This document shows positions 19,931-30,411 of a stretch of 64,000 nucleotides of DNA, piece after piece. The number at the start of each line of letters is the position of its first letter. Within the stretch, counting starts at the first letter, position 1. Location: positions 1,184,001-1,248,000 of the forward strand of contig CAVTNB010000001.1 of assembly GCA_963736005.1 (NCBI GenBank). The letters run 5' to 3'. The translations under genes were made by a program, and so were the position numbers. The stretch is from an uncultured Pseudomonadota bacterium. GTDB taxonomy: Bacteria > Vulcanimicrobiota > Vulcanimicrobiia > Eremiobacterales > Eremiobacteraceae. The notes beneath the pieces are model-generated. The model was not told where the DNA came from and did not search any database. It saw only the letters and a list, made by a program, of their open reading frames with translations.

Positions 19931-21310
19931 TTAAATATCGGCTGCCCGCCACCCCACCTCAAGGACTGGACTTCGCGACTTAGGCACATACGGTTCCATC
20001 ACGCGCCGGCCGAGGACCGCGGCAATGCGACCTCCGGCACAGAGGAGCGCGACATTGGACCGGCGGGAGAGCGACACGCCAGCCTTCCCCAAGAAGCGGG
20101 CAAGCGAAACCGGCCGACGATGGCCGGACGGAACGCACGTGTCGCCCTTCCTCGGCCCGCGCAGTTCGACGGGCCCGTTGCCCAGCAGGCCGGCAGCATC
20201 GAGGAATTGAGCCGGACTCGCCGCGTCGCGTCGCTCTCTTTTGCCGTGCTTGTGCAAGAAAAACGTGGCCGTTCCCGCGGGGGTCGAGTACGAGGCGGGG
20301 AGTTTTGTGAGGTCAACCGTGACTGGTGTGAAGACTGAGCCACCCTGCGCTCCCGTCTCCACCACAAACTTGCCGCTCGAAAGCACGACCGTTGTCGCGC
20401 CTGCATGATAGCGTCCCCCGCGACCTTGTTTGATCGCTCGCGCAATGGCGTCGCAGTGCTCGAAAGAAAAATTTCGCAGACCCGCTCCGCTGGCCTCAAC
20501 CGCTTGGCGAATGACTCTGCGCAGCAGCGCAATGGGCAAGCGGCGCAAAGGCGCGACAGAGAGCTCGAGCGAGTTCTCGATGCGGGCTTGACTCCAGGCC
20601 GCAACGCTCATGCCGTGGAGCAGTTCGCGGTCGTCTGCAAGCAGGGCTGCGGAGCGGGCAATGCCGCGGTTGGATTGTGGCAGGACAGTTTCGAGCGCTG
20701 CGAGCAACGTCCGAACCGCGTTGCGAGGAACGCGTACATCAGCGTTTGTTTCGTCCTCGGAAAACGGCACCCGGCGCGAGCGGACGAATTCCCGGCACTG
20801 CATCTTTGTTGCCCACAATAAAGGACGAGCGAGCATGACGCCATCGCAAAGCGCTCGGCTCGGCCGCATGGCCGCAACCCCATCAATGCCACTGCCCCGA
20901 GCGAGCGCAAGGAGCGATGTTTCGACGAGATCGTCGCGCTGGTGACCTGTGAGCACGACCGCTGCGCCCGCGCTGCGGGCCACCGATTCGAGCTCCCGGT
21001 AGCGTGCGTTGCGCGCTCGCTCCTCCGGCGACTCTCGCGCTGGTTGCAGCGGACCTAACTTGCGCACGACCACCTTGGCCTTTGCGGCTCGCGCCTGCGC
21101 TCGCACTGCCGTGACGTCGCGTTCGATGCTCTTGGGTGGGCGCAATCCGTGGTCAACGTAGCAGACCAACAGTTTGGCTTTCGGAGCTATTTCACGAGCG
21201 AGCAGCAACGACGCGGCGCTATCGGCGCCTCCCGAACAGGCGACGATCACGGGGCCCGCATCGAGTTGCACGCCAAGCAACCGGCACGCCCGCTCGTACA
21301 GCGCGACCAT
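19931..21310 (-). CDS. tilS: tRNA(Ile)-lysidine synthetase
   Basis: ACSGGADS, VDHGLR, EERARNARY, GHQRDDLVET, RGSG, DETN. Confidence 0.95.
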   Translation of the reverse strand: MVALYERACRLLGVQLDAGPVIVACSGGADSAASLLLAREIAPKAKLLVCYVDHGLRPPKSIERDVTAVRAQARAAKAKVVVRKLGPLQPARESPEERARNARYRELESVARSAGAAVVLTGHQRDDLVETSLLALARGSGIDGVAAMRPSRALCDGVMLARPLLWATKMQCREFVRSRRVPFSEDETNADVRVPRNAVRTLLAALETVLPQSNRGIARSAALLADDRELLHGMSVAAWSQARIENSLELSVAPLRRLPIALLRRVIRQAVEASGAGLRNFSFEHCDAIARAIKQGRGGRYHAGATTVVLSSGKFVVETGAQGGSVFTPVTVDLTKLPASYSTPAGTATFFLHKHGKRERRDAASPAQFLDAAGLLGNGPVELRGPRKGDTCVPSGHRRPVSLARFLGKAGVSLSRRSNVALLCAGGRIAAVLGRRVMEPYVPKSRSPVLEVGWRAADI

Positions 21311-21332
21311 GGTCGCAAGATCGCTTATGCGA

Positions 21333-21809
21333 CTAGCGGCGTCGCGCTCGCTCGAGTTCGCGGCGAACTTCTCGTTCTTTAATCGCCTCGCGTTTGTCAT
21401 ACATTTTCTTGCCACGCGCAAGCCCCACTTCAACTTTCACGTGATTGTGGCGGAAATAGATCCGCAAAGGCAAGAGCGTGAGCCCCTTTTCTTGCAGTTT
21501 GCCCGAGAGGCGTGACAGCTCTTTACGATGCAACAAGAGTTTGCGATCGCGGCGCGGCTCGTGTTGCGAGAAGAACGTCCCCTGTTCGTACGGCGGTATA
21601 TGCACGTTGGCGAGCCACGCCTCGCCTTTCGCGAGCCGCACAAAACCATCGACTAACGAGCAGCCGTTCTTTCGCAGGCTCTTGACCTCCGTGCCGGTGA
21701 GCACCACCCCTGCCTCGTTGGTGTCCAAAATTGCGTAGTCATGAAACGCTTTGCGGTTGGAGGCGATAGTCTTGGTGCCGGCCCGCGCGTCAGCGCTCCT
21801 TGCCGGCAT
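21333..21809 (-). CDS. smpB: SsrA-binding protein
   Basis: [36 protein letters not shown]. Confidence 0.98.
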   Translation of the reverse strand: MPARSADARAGTKTIASNRKAFHDYAILDTNEAGVVLTGTEVKSLRKNGCSLVDGFVRLAKGEAWLANVHIPPYEQGTFFSQHEPRRDRKLLLHRKELSRLSGKLQEKGLTLLPLRIYFRHNHVKVEVGLARGKKMYDKREAIKEREVRRELERARRR

Positions 21810-22206
21810 CCGCGACGAACCTCCCTTGACCTTCCGCATACACCGTGCCATCTTCGCCGCTGACGGTCGCGCTCAATGTCAACAGACGGCCGCGCCGTCC
21901 TTCGACTCGGCCTTCAGCCACGAGCGGCTGGTCGATGGGAGCGGCTTTTCGAAAGCGAATTTCCAGTCGGCCCGTGACAGCGCGTATGCCCGCGGCGATG
22001 GCCGCATGCGCCATTGCTTCGTCGAGCAGCGTAGCGACAATGCCGCCATGCAGAATTGTCGTCCATCCTGCAAAGCGTCGCTGTGGAACGAAGACCGCGC
22101 GGGCGCTACCGTCGCCGTAGGCAAAACTCAACTGCATCCCCTCCGCGTTATCAGGGCCGCAGGCAAAGCAACGGCGATCGTCGGCTAATGTAGATTCGCC
22201 CATCAA
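21790..22206 (-). CDS. PaaI family thioesterase
   Basis: [22 protein letters not shown]. Confidence 0.9.
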   Translation of the reverse strand: MMGESTLADDRRCFACGPDNAEGMQLSFAYGDGSARAVFVPQRRFAGWTTILHGGIVATLLDEAMAHAAIAAGIRAVTGRLEIRFRKAAPIDQPLVAEGRVEGRRGRLLTLSATVSGEDGTVYAEGQGRFVADAGKER

Positions 22207-22979
22207 TAGCCCAGGGAAAGGCGCTCGCTGAGCTGTGGCGGCAGCTCGACACTTTCCATTTTTTCACGAACCCTCATCACGTCATAGGTCACCCGTCGGA
22301 TTTCGATCACGCTCGCTGCGTCGTCGAACAGAGCAAAGGAGGCCTGCGGATTGCGGTCGCGAGGCTGCCCGACGCTGCCCGGGTTGACGATGTAGCGAAA
22401 TTGCGGCGCCACCTCGATGCGGCCTCCGCGTGATAACCGCTGGTGAAATGTGCGCCCGTGGGCAAGCGGAGCTGAAGAGTCAGGCGGATCTGAAGATCCG
22501 CCGCTACATTGCTGAAAGTAGACCTCGGCGACATGCGTGTGCCCAATAAAGGTCACGGGCTTTTTGACTCGCTCGAATGCCGTCCGTGCGTCGGTCACGC
22601 CGAGAATGTATTGGAAGTGGAACGTGGGAGCTCCGTGCACGATCTCAAACGTATCAAATTGCAGCTCGCGCGGCAGGCGCGCCAGATACGCGCGATTTTT
22701 CGGAGTAAGTTCGCTTCGAGTCCACGCAATCGCCTGGACGGCAAGTGCGTTGAAACTGTCGGCAGCATCGTCAGCGACTGCGGCTTCGTCGTGATTGCCA
22801 GCGATGGCGAGGCAGTCGCGCTCCTGAAGCAGATTGCAACATTCATTTGGACTTGGGCCATAGCCGACAATATCGCCCAAGCACACGAGGCGGTCGATCC
22901 CAAGTGCGTCGAGTTCTGCGACGACTGTGGTCAGCGCATCGTAGTTCGAGTGAATGTCTGAAAGAATGCCATAGCGCAT
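22203..22979 (-). CDS. Metallophosphoesterase (calcineurin-like), containing an in-frame REP
   Basis: SDIHSN, GDIVGYG, GNHD, GHTH, NPGSVGQPRD. Confidence 0.93.
   Translation of the reverse strand: MRYGILSDIHSNYDALTTVVAELDALGIDRLVCLGDIVGYGPSPNECCNLLQERDCLAIAGNHDEAAVADDAADSFNALAVQAIAWTRSELTPKNRAYLARLPRELQFDTFEIVHGAPTFHFQYILGVTDARTAFERVKKPVTFIGHTHVAEVYFQQCSGGSSDPPDSSAPLAHGRTFHQRLSRGGRIEVAPQFRYIVNPGSVGQPRDRNPQASFALFDDAASVIEIRRVTYDVMRVREKMESVELPPQLSERLSLGY
22482..22508 (-). repeat. REP family A variant inside a CDS
   Basis: AGGCGGATC-TGAA-GATCCGCC-GCTACA, translated on the minus strand as CSGGSSDPP. Confidence 0.75.
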
Positions 22980-23035
22980 TCAGGTGAACAGTCCTCTGTA
23001 GTTGGAGTCGCCGCAGTTCCCTCCGCTCCCGGAGC

Positions 23036-23572
23036 TCACCTCTGGAGGCGCAAACGATCGACAGTGCGCGTGACGCCGGGGACACCGCGAACGGTTTCCC
23101 TGACCAGGGTGTGGACAGTCTTACTTGGCACTGTGCCCTCGAGCGTGACCACCCCGTTGTGGGCGCCGACCTGGATCTTTAACGCGTTGACTCCGGTTTG
23201 CGCGGCAATCGCAGCTTGAACCCGCGCCTGCAACTCAAGGTCCGCTGCAATTTCATTGGCGGTCGGTGCCTTCGGGTTGACTTTCAGCCGATCGTCGATC
23301 CCTGCGATACCGGCAATGCCACGCACTGCTTGGTCGACCTGCATGCGTTCTTGATCGGAGTGCACTTGGCCAGACAGGGTCACTCTCCGGTTTTCGACTT
23401 CCACGTTCACAAGCGAAACCGTTGCCGGATCGATGGTCGCGATTTTCGTTCGGACTTGAGCAGCAATGAACGCGTCGTTGGCCGTGGACTTTGCCCGTTG
23501 TTGTTGGGAGGCGGTGCAGCCGCTGCACGCAAGCACCAGAAGTGCCAGGCTGGCGATCGTGATGAATTTCAT
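23036..23572 (-). CDS. Dual BON-domain lipoprotein (OsmY/DolP-like)
   Basis: Lipoprotein signal LVLACSGC. Two repeats: V.V.NRRVTLSG.V and I.V...NGVVTLEG.V. Confidence 0.88.
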   Translation of the reverse strand: MKFITIASLALLVLACSGCTASQQQRAKSTANDAFIAAQVRTKIATIDPATVSLVNVEVENRRVTLSGQVHSDQERMQVDQAVRGIAGIAGIDDRLKVNPKAPTANEIAADLELQARVQAAIAAQTGVNALKIQVGAHNGVVTLEGTVPSKTVHTLVRETVRGVPGVTRTVDRLRLQR

Positions 23573-23592
23573 TGTTCGAGCTCTCCTGTGGC

Positions 23593-24846
23593 TCACCGAA
23601 GCGTCCTCGTCCGCGAGAAAGGCACAGCATCAACCCACGTGCGCGCCGGAATGAGGGTGATGCCTTCTGGAACGACGACGATCGCATCGGCAAAGGCCAA
23701 GATATGCAATTGTGAAGAGGTCCCCAGAATCGGCGTTGCGGTCAATCCATCTCCCGAGCGATCGAGTTGCACCGGGATGCGGTATTCAAGGCCAGGCTCG
23801 ACTTCGATCGGCGCCGTCAGGCGCGCGCGTAGCGGCAGGGTCGAGTCAACTTTGTTAAACATGCGCAGCAAGATGGGCTTTGCCAGCGCTTCAAGCATGA
23901 CGAGCGCCGAAACCGGATTGCCTGGAAGGCCGATCACGGGTCGATCGCCCACCATCGCAAGAAGCACTGGGCGCCCTGGTCTCACGCGAACGCCATGGAC
24001 GATCACTCCCGGTTCTCCCGCCTCGCTCACCAAGCCAGGAGTGTAATCGCGAGTGCCGACACTCGAGCCACCGGAAATCATGACCCCGTCGCATTCATCT
24101 AAAGCCTTGGAGAGCGCGCGCGCAAATATGTCACGATCGTCGGCGACGCGTCCGTAGCGTTGGGGGGTAAATCCCAGAGCGCACAGAGCTGCGCAGATCA
24201 TCACCCCATTGGACTCGCGAATCTGTCCAGGCCCAAGTTGAACGCCTGGCGGCACGAGTTCGTCACCCGTGATGAGCACCGCGATGCGAGGCGACGCATA
24301 GATGTCGACCGCATCGATACCGGCGGCCGCCAGCAAACCGAGCGCGGGCGGATCGAGTACGCGTCCGGGTTCGAACAGCAAGTCGCCGGCCGCAACGTCG
24401 CTCCGCGCGCGATTGATGCGGTCGGCGCAGTCGAGCCCATCGAAGACAAGAACCTCTGCGTCTTTGGTTTCCGTATCTTCAATCTTGACGACGCCGGACG
24501 TTCCCTTGGGCAGCGCGCCGCCTGTGGGAACGATGACTGCGCATCCGCGCTCGAGGCGCGCCGGTGCAGCCTTGCCCATCTGCACTTCGCCCGACACACG
24601 CAAACGCACCGGAGTTTCGCGCGACGCGGTTCGCACGTCTTCGGCAATGATGGCGAAACCGTCCACCATCGATCGGTCGAACGAAGGGACATCCTCAGGA
24701 GCGAGAACTGCCTGGGCGAGAATTCGTCCCTCGAGGTGGTTCAAAGCGGCCCGCTCCACTTTTGCCTTGCGGATTGGGAACTCGGCCATGGCATCCAGCG
24801 CCGCGGATATAGTGATTCGCCGCAATGGTGAGCGAACTGTAGCTAT
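23593..24846 (-). CDS. moeA: Molybdopterin molybdenumtransferase
   Basis: FDRSMVDGFA, TGDELV, IRESN, SGGSSVG, GLPGNPVS. Start ambiguous (ATA 24846 or TTG 24825). Confidence 0.95.
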   Translation of the reverse strand: MATVRSPLRRITISAALDAMAEFPIRKAKVERAALNHLEGRILAQAVLAPEDVPSFDRSMVDGFAIIAEDVRTASRETPVRLRVSGEVQMGKAAPARLERGCAVIVPTGGALPKGTSGVVKIEDTETKDAEVLVFDGLDCADRINRARSDVAAGDLLFEPGRVLDPPALGLLAAAGIDAVDIYASPRIAVLITGDELVPPGVQLGPGQIRESNGVMICAALCALGFTPQRYGRVADDRDIFARALSKALDECDGVMISGGSSVGTRDYTPGLVSEAGEPGVIVHGVRVRPGRPVLLAMVGDRPVIGLPGNPVSALVMLEALAKPILLRMFNKVDSTLPLRARLTAPIEVEPGLEYRIPVQLDRSGDGLTATPILGTSSQLHILAFADAIVVVPEGITLIPARTWVDAVPFSRTRTLR

Positions 24847-24906
24847 GCTGACCCCTCCAAGACGCCGATATTCTTCTAGGAAGGCTGCATAACGCCTGGA
24901 GGACGC

Positions 24907-26001
24907 ATGTACCCACACAGACTCGATGATCTCTTGATCGGCATCGTAGAGAAAAACGCATCGGACTTGCATTTGGTCGTTGGCAGCCCGCCGATGATGC
25001 GTCTCAATGGGGTCCTTCAGCCGATCGTGGACGAAAAAGTTTCGCCCGAAGATGCACAAGCGCTGCTCACCTCGATCCTCACAAAAGAGCAGGTCGATAA
25101 CCTCAATGAGCAGCGCGAGATCGACTTGGCGTATGCGATGGTTGGCGTCGCTCGCTTTCGCGTCAACGCGTGCTTCGAACGAGGCAGTGTCTCCGCGACC
25201 TTCCGAAACATTCCGGACACCCCGCCGTGGCTCGAGGAAATGGGCTTCCCCGAAGTCGTCGGCGCGCAAACTCTGAAGCCGCGCGGTCTGGTCCTCGTGA
25301 CTGGGCCAACCGGATCGGGTAAGTCAACGACGCTCGCGGCAATGATCAACTACATGAACCGCCACCGGAATTCACGCGTGATTACGATCGAGGATCCGAT
25401 TGAGTTTCTCCACTCCAATATTCAGTGCATTATCACGCAGCGCGAGCTCCACCGAGACACCCATTCCTTTGCCAATGCCCTCCGCTCGGCGCTGCGCCAG
25501 GATCCCGACGTGATCCTCATCGGCGAAATGCGAGACCTCGAGACGATCGCGCTTGCCTTGACCGCGGCCGAAACGGGCCACCTTGTTTTTGGTACCTTGC
25601 ACGTGACGTCTGCTGCGGAATCGATCAACCGAATTATTGACGTCTTCCCGCCAGAACAACAGGAACAAATCCGACTGCAGATGGCGGGTGTCTTAGAGGC
25701 CGTGTTTACGCAGACGCTCGTGCCGAAAGTGGATGGCAGCGGGCGGGTGTGCGCCATGGAAATTCTTTTGGGTACCCCTGCCGTCCGGAATCTCATCCGC
25801 GAGAACAAACCGGCTCAAATTCTTAGCGCGATGCAGACCGGTCAAAACGTCGGCATGCAGACGCTCGACAAGCAGTTGGCAAAATATGTCAACGATGGAC
25901 TGGTCACGCTGGACGCGGCCCTCGAGAAGGCATTGAGTACCGATGAAGTTAGGCGCTACGTCACGCAAAAAGACGAACCGCGTCGCGCCTCTTCGTTCTA
26001 G
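24907..26001 (+). CDS. pilT: Type IV pilus retraction ATPase
   Basis: ASDLH, GPTGSGKSTT, ALRQDPDVILIGEMRD, TGHLVFGTLH, AVRNLIRE. Confidence 0.95.
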   Translation: MYPHRLDDLLIGIVEKNASDLHLVVGSPPMMRLNGVLQPIVDEKVSPEDAQALLTSILTKEQVDNLNEQREIDLAYAMVGVARFRVNACFERGSVSATFRNIPDTPPWLEEMGFPEVVGAQTLKPRGLVLVTGPTGSGKSTTLAAMINYMNRHRNSRVITIEDPIEFLHSNIQCIITQRELHRDTHSFANALRSALRQDPDVILIGEMRDLETIALALTAAETGHLVFGTLHVTSAAESINRIIDVFPPEQQEQIRLQMAGVLEAVFTQTLVPKVDGSGRVCAMEILLGTPAVRNLIRENKPAQILSAMQTGQNVGMQTLDKQLAKYVNDGLVTLDAALEKALSTDEVRRYVTQKDEPRRASSF

Positions 26002-26011
26002 CAGCCCCCTG

Positions 26012-26110
26012 TGTAGCAGCGCACCTTCAGGTGCGCTTTCACTCAAGCGGACCTAAAGGTCCGCTGCTACATTATGTTGCCAGCGCGAGCCCTAAAGGTC
26101 CGTTACTACA
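26012..26110. repeat. Inverted REP doublet (REPIN/BIME-like) plus a degenerate third copy, family A
   Basis: TGTAGCAGCGCACCTTCAGGTGCGCT (26012-26037), AGCGGACCTAAAGGTCCGCTGCTACA (26046-26071) and a degenerate copy ending at 26110. Confidence 0.85.
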
Positions 26111-26129
26111 CCGCCTCTAAAACGCGGGT

Positions 26130-27404
26130 ATGCTCGATAAGGCTCTTATTCGCGAGCATCCTGACCTTGTTCGCCGCTCCCTGCGGCGTCGCGGGCTATC
26201 CGACGCAGCTGTAGACGAATTTCTTGCCCTCGACGAACGATGGCGAAAAGCAGTGACGACGGTCGATCGCCTCAAGGCCGAGCGCAATCGTATCTCCGGA
26301 GAGTTTGCCAAAGCGAAGTCCAGCGGTGATGAGGCGCTGCGCGTGCTTCGAGAACAATCAACGTCGCTTGGCAACGAGATCGAAGTCGGCGAGCATGAGG
26401 CTGCTGAATTAGATCGAAAAGCAAGCGATCTGCTGGCGGGGTTGCCGAATATTCTCGCCGACGACGTGCCCGACGGAGCGGATGCCAGCGCCAATGTCGA
26501 ACTGCGCCGCTTTGGGGAACCGCCAAAATTCTCATTCGATCCCAAGCCGCACTGGGAGATTGGTGAACGGCTCGGCATCATCGACTTTGAGCGAGGCGTG
26601 CGGCTCGCGCGGAGCCGCTTTGTCGTGCTCGCTGGGGCCGGCGCCCGCCTGAATCGTGCGCTCATAAACTTTTTTCTCGAGCGGGACGTTGCGGCCGGCT
26701 TTTTGGAGATCATGCCGCCCATTCTTGTCAATCGTGAATCTGTGGAGGCAACCGGCCACCTCAGCAAATTCAGCGACGTTATGTTTTCTGTTGAAGACGG
26801 TGCTCTTTTCTTGTCGCCCACGGCAGAAGTGCAACTCGTCAACTTACATCGGGGTGAGATCCTCGAAGCGGACCAGCTTCCGAAGCTGTATACGGCGTAC
26901 ACGCCATGTTTTCGGGAAGAGGCAGGGGCAGCTGGAAAAGACACGCGCGGCCTCATTCGCCTTCACCAATTCGAGAAGGTTGAACTGGTCGGCATTTGCA
27001 CGGCCAAAGACGCGCCGGCAATTCACGAACGAATTACCGCACAAGCGGAAAGCTTGTTGAAGGCGTTGGAGTTGCCGTATCGCGTGGTGGTGTTGAGTTC
27101 TGGGGATACCGGCTTTGCTTCGCAAAAAACATACGACCTGGAAGTGTGGCTGCCGGGCCAAGGAGCGTACCGGGAAATTTCCTCGTGCAGCAACTGTGGC
27201 GATTTCCAAGCGCGCCGGGCATCCATCCGTTATCGATCGACGCCGAAAGGCAGACCGGAGTTTGCGTCCACGTTGAACGGGTCGGGTTTAGCGGTTGGCC
27301 GCACGATGCTTGCGGTCTTGGAGAACTATCAGCAGGAAGACGGCTCGGTGAACGTACCGAGCGTGCTCCAGAGTTATATGGACGGCCAGACCGTTATTCG
27401 ATAG
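26130..27404 (+). CDS. serS: Serine--tRNA ligase
   Basis: PTAEV, CFREEAGAAGKDTRGLIRLHQFEKVE, EISSCSNC, TLNGSGLAVGR. Confidence 0.98.
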   Translation: MLDKALIREHPDLVRRSLRRRGLSDAAVDEFLALDERWRKAVTTVDRLKAERNRISGEFAKAKSSGDEALRVLREQSTSLGNEIEVGEHEAAELDRKASDLLAGLPNILADDVPDGADASANVELRRFGEPPKFSFDPKPHWEIGERLGIIDFERGVRLARSRFVVLAGAGARLNRALINFFLERDVAAGFLEIMPPILVNRESVEATGHLSKFSDVMFSVEDGALFLSPTAEVQLVNLHRGEILEADQLPKLYTAYTPCFREEAGAAGKDTRGLIRLHQFEKVELVGICTAKDAPAIHERITAQAESLLKALELPYRVVVLSSGDTGFASQKTYDLEVWLPGQGAYREISSCSNCGDFQARRASIRYRSTPKGRPEFASTLNGSGLAVGRTMLAVLENYQQEDGSVNVPSVLQSYMDGQTVIR

Positions 27405-27413
27405 GTGGGAGAA

Positions 27414-27439
27414 CGCGCGAATAAATTCGCGCGACTACA
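27414..27439 (-). repeat. REP family B copy (supplies the TAG stop of the CHAD gene)
   Basis: CGCGCGAAT-AA-ATTCGCGCG-ACTACA. Confidence 0.85.
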
Positions 27440-28922
27440 TCCACGCGCGGAGGGATTTTTTTGAGGCCTTCTTCCAGGCTTTGCGCCATGATGAGCGAGC
27501 CTCGTCTGCCGCGAGCGACTCCAGTGCGGCAAGGGTACCCGCCGCGAACATCTCTTCTCGGTCGCCTTTAATTTCGCGCAGGCGCTGCTCGACCACGACG
27601 GCATCGTGCAGCTCTCCCAGAATTCTTTGCAATCTCTGTACGCGCCGCGCGAACTGTGCGATCGGCTTGCCGCCGACCGGAACGATCGCCTCCGCGGCAT
27701 ATCGGCACCGCTTGGCCTTGATGCGAACTCGATGGAGCTGCTCGTCTTGCGCGTTGTCGTGGAGTTGGGCGATTGCCTTACAAAGCTTTTTCCAAGGGAC
27801 TTCCACCAACTGCGGCAGCACTTCAATCGCTGGCTCCGATGCGGCTTGTTCCACCCTGGGATCGGCAGCAGCGTCAACCAGTTCGTTCAGCAGATCCAGA
27901 TAGCGCTTCTCGCGCAATACTCGGGCGAGCTCAGAGCGCGCCGCATGACTCTCCTTCGCAAAGCGCTCGATCACGGCATCAACTTTCCGTACGTCTTTCA
28001 TGGACAATCTGGCTGCCCGGCGGCGCAGCCGACCTACCAAGACGTCGGCGTCGCGAACCGCGCCCAGCTCGTCCGTAAACCATTTGATCTTGGCACGAAG
28101 CGAGCGCACCCACTCTTCCCGCAAGAGCGGACCGAACGTTCGGAGATCCGAGCGCAGTTTGCGAGTAGCAACTCGTGCCTGATGCACGGCTTCGGGATCC
28201 ATGTTGAGGCGCAGCGGCGCATCGGCCCGCATCAGCATTTCGACCGACGATGCGAGGGCGTATCGAATGACATCCGAGGCTTTGCTTTGCCCATTTGGTC
28301 GGGCGCAATACAATTCTGGCGGCGCGAGCGCAGGCGCCCCAAGAGCGCGAACGCTTTTTGGCGTTTCGTCGACCGCCCCCGCGCCGGCGTCCTGCAAGCT
28401 GCGTCGAAAGCCCTCGAGCACCGAGGAGGGTGCCCCGTTGAGCAGTTCGACCTCGACCTCTCGAAAGCGATCGACGACTCGTCCACCGCTCATCACGCGA
28501 ACGTCGTCATCAGCGATTTCGGCAATTTCTTCTCCGGATGAACCGTGCAATCGCAAACTCTTCCGCACGGTCCGCAATCTCGCGACTGGCGCTACCGGTC
28601 GACCTCGCAAGAATGCAGCAACAAGCTCTAGCGCCTTGGCTGGCGGTTTTATCCCCTCGGCCGCGAAGGTGTGCTCGACTCTGGCAAGACTGCCATTTTC
28701 GCTGGCAGCAGGAAGCTTGAGCGTCCAGCCTTGCCCGCGGCGAAAGCGTAAACTGCAGCCCCAGCGCGTCAAGCGCAGATCGTCGGTGTCGTAGTAGACG
28801 GTTGAGAGTTTGTGCGCTTGGATGGGTGAAGCCGAAAAACCATCGACGCCATCAGCCAAAACACTGAGGTCGAAGCGGCGTGGCGCTTGCAGTTTGATTT
28901 CTTGCTCGATGTGAACGGACAT
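27435..28922 (-). CDS. CYTH + CHAD domain protein (polyphosphate-associated)
   Basis: EQEIK, YYDT.DLRL, FREVEVEL; CHAD motifs VHQARVATRKLRS, LGAVRDADV, LHRVRIKAKRCRY, LGELHDAVV. Confidence 0.92.
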   Translation of the reverse strand: MSVHIEQEIKLQAPRRFDLSVLADGVDGFSASPIQAHKLSTVYYDTDDLRLTRWGCSLRFRRGQGWTLKLPAASENGSLARVEHTFAAEGIKPPAKALELVAAFLRGRPVAPVARLRTVRKSLRLHGSSGEEIAEIADDDVRVMSGGRVVDRFREVEVELLNGAPSSVLEGFRRSLQDAGAGAVDETPKSVRALGAPALAPPELYCARPNGQSKASDVIRYALASSVEMLMRADAPLRLNMDPEAVHQARVATRKLRSDLRTFGPLLREEWVRSLRAKIKWFTDELGAVRDADVLVGRLRRRAARLSMKDVRKVDAVIERFAKESHAARSELARVLREKRYLDLLNELVDAAADPRVEQAASEPAIEVLPQLVEVPWKKLCKAIAQLHDNAQDEQLHRVRIKAKRCRYAAEAIVPVGGKPIAQFARRVQRLQRILGELHDAVVVEQRLREIKGDREEMFAAGTLAALESLAADEARSSWRKAWKKASKKSLRAWM

Positions 28923-29017
28923 AACTCGCTTACAATGGTCGAAGAGGGACTCTAAGTCTTCGAGACAAGCTGGGGTCGTAACTCCTTGCTGCAATCGGCC
29001 GTGCGTTCGGGCGAGCT

Positions 29018-29045
29018 TGGGGCGATTTTCCAATCGCCCCCTACA
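29018..29045 (-). repeat. REP family C copy
   Basis: TGGGGCGATT-TTCC-AATCGCCCC-CTACA. Confidence 0.85.
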
Positions 29046-29053
29046 ATTCGGCC

Positions 29054-30343
29054 TTAAAGGTCCGCGGACACGTTGTCAATGCCTTGACCGAGCATGTCTG
29101 CGGTGATCAGCGTAATGCCGCCCTCCGTTCTGTAGAAGCGCTTGCCATCTTCTGCTGGATCGACGCCAACAACAAGTCCTTCGGGCAATTGGCAGCCCTT
29201 GTCGATGACCGCCCGCCGAACGAAGCAATGCCGCGCGATATTCACGTTGGGCAGTATGACCGAATCTTCAACTCGACTAAACGAGTTCACGCGCACGTTG
29301 GAAAAAAGGAGCGAGCTTTGCACGTGGGCACCAGAAATAATACATCCGCCGGCGACCAGCGAGTTGATCGCGATCCCTCGACGACCTTCTTCGTCAAGAA
29401 CGAATTTCGCCGGAGGCAGTTGTTCCTGATACGTCCAGATGGGCCACTTTGCATCGTATAAATTCAGTTCTGGCACGACGTGGGTGAGATCCATATTTGC
29501 TTCCCAGTAGGCGTCCACCGTACCAACATCACGCCAATAAACCGAGCTTGCAATGCCACCGAGACTTGCCGGTCCGAATCGATGTGCGACCGCTTTGTGA
29601 TGGGCAACGATGTGAGGGATGACGTCGCGCCCGAAATCGTGGGTCGATTCCAAATCCGCTGCATCGCGATCGAGTTGCTTGTACATAAAATGTGCGTTGA
29701 AGCAGTAGATGCCCATGCTGGCTAAAGCGCGATCGTCTTTGTCCGGCATTGGAATCGGGTCTGGGCTCTTCTCTGCAAACTCCGTAATGCGATTGTGGGC
29801 ATCGATCTTCATGGTGCCAAGCGAGGTGGCTGCGCCGCGCGGCACTTCGAAGCTGCCCACCGTCACGTCGGCGCCGCTTTGGACGTGCTGGACGAGCATC
29901 TGACCATAATCCATTTTATACACGTGATCGCCCGCCAACACCAAGACGTGCTCCGGATTGTGCGCTCGAATGATGTCCAGATTTTGGAGGATGGCGTTCG
30001 CCGTGCCCGTGTACCAGGATTCCTCTTCTAAGCGCTGCGACGCCGGCATGAGCTCGACGAATTCTTCGAACTCACCGCGCAGGAAGCCCCAGCCTCGCTG
30101 GATGTGACGCATGAGGCTGTGCGCTTTATATTGTGTAACAACGCCAATGCGTCTGATGCCGGAGTTGATGCAGTTCGAAAGCGGAAAGTCGATGATGCGA
30201 AACTTGCCGCCAAAGGGCACCGCGGGCTTGGCGCGCCACTGCGTGAGATGTTTCAAGCGCGAGCCCCGGCCGCCAGCCAAAACAAGCGCCAGCGTTCCTT
30301 TGGTAAGCAAACTAACGTAACGCGAGGTTTCAGATGAGGACAT
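29054..30343 (-). CDS. glgC: Glucose-1-phosphate adenylyltransferase
   Basis: [37 protein letters not shown]. Confidence 0.98.
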   Translation of the reverse strand: MSSSETSRYVSLLTKGTLALVLAGGRGSRLKHLTQWRAKPAVPFGGKFRIIDFPLSNCINSGIRRIGVVTQYKAHSLMRHIQRGWGFLRGEFEEFVELMPASQRLEEESWYTGTANAILQNLDIIRAHNPEHVLVLAGDHVYKMDYGQMLVQHVQSGADVTVGSFEVPRGAATSLGTMKIDAHNRITEFAEKSPDPIPMPDKDDRALASMGIYCFNAHFMYKQLDRDAADLESTHDFGRDVIPHIVAHHKAVAHRFGPASLGGIASSVYWRDVGTVDAYWEANMDLTHVVPELNLYDAKWPIWTYQEQLPPAKFVLDEEGRRGIAINSLVAGGCIISGAHVQSSLLFSNVRVNSFSRVEDSVILPNVNIARHCFVRRAVIDKGCQLPEGLVVGVDPAEDGKRFYRTEGGITLITADMLGQGIDNVSADL

Positions 30344-30411
30344 AGCCCCTCGTTCTGCGGCAAGAGGAAAGGGGACGCCCATGTTCTCTCAAACAGCGCT
30401 TATCACCGCCT

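Noticed and set aside
24847..25269. N-terminal extension of MoeA in the ORF track
   Set aside because: It lies antisense to pilT, and MoeA similarity begins near 24830.
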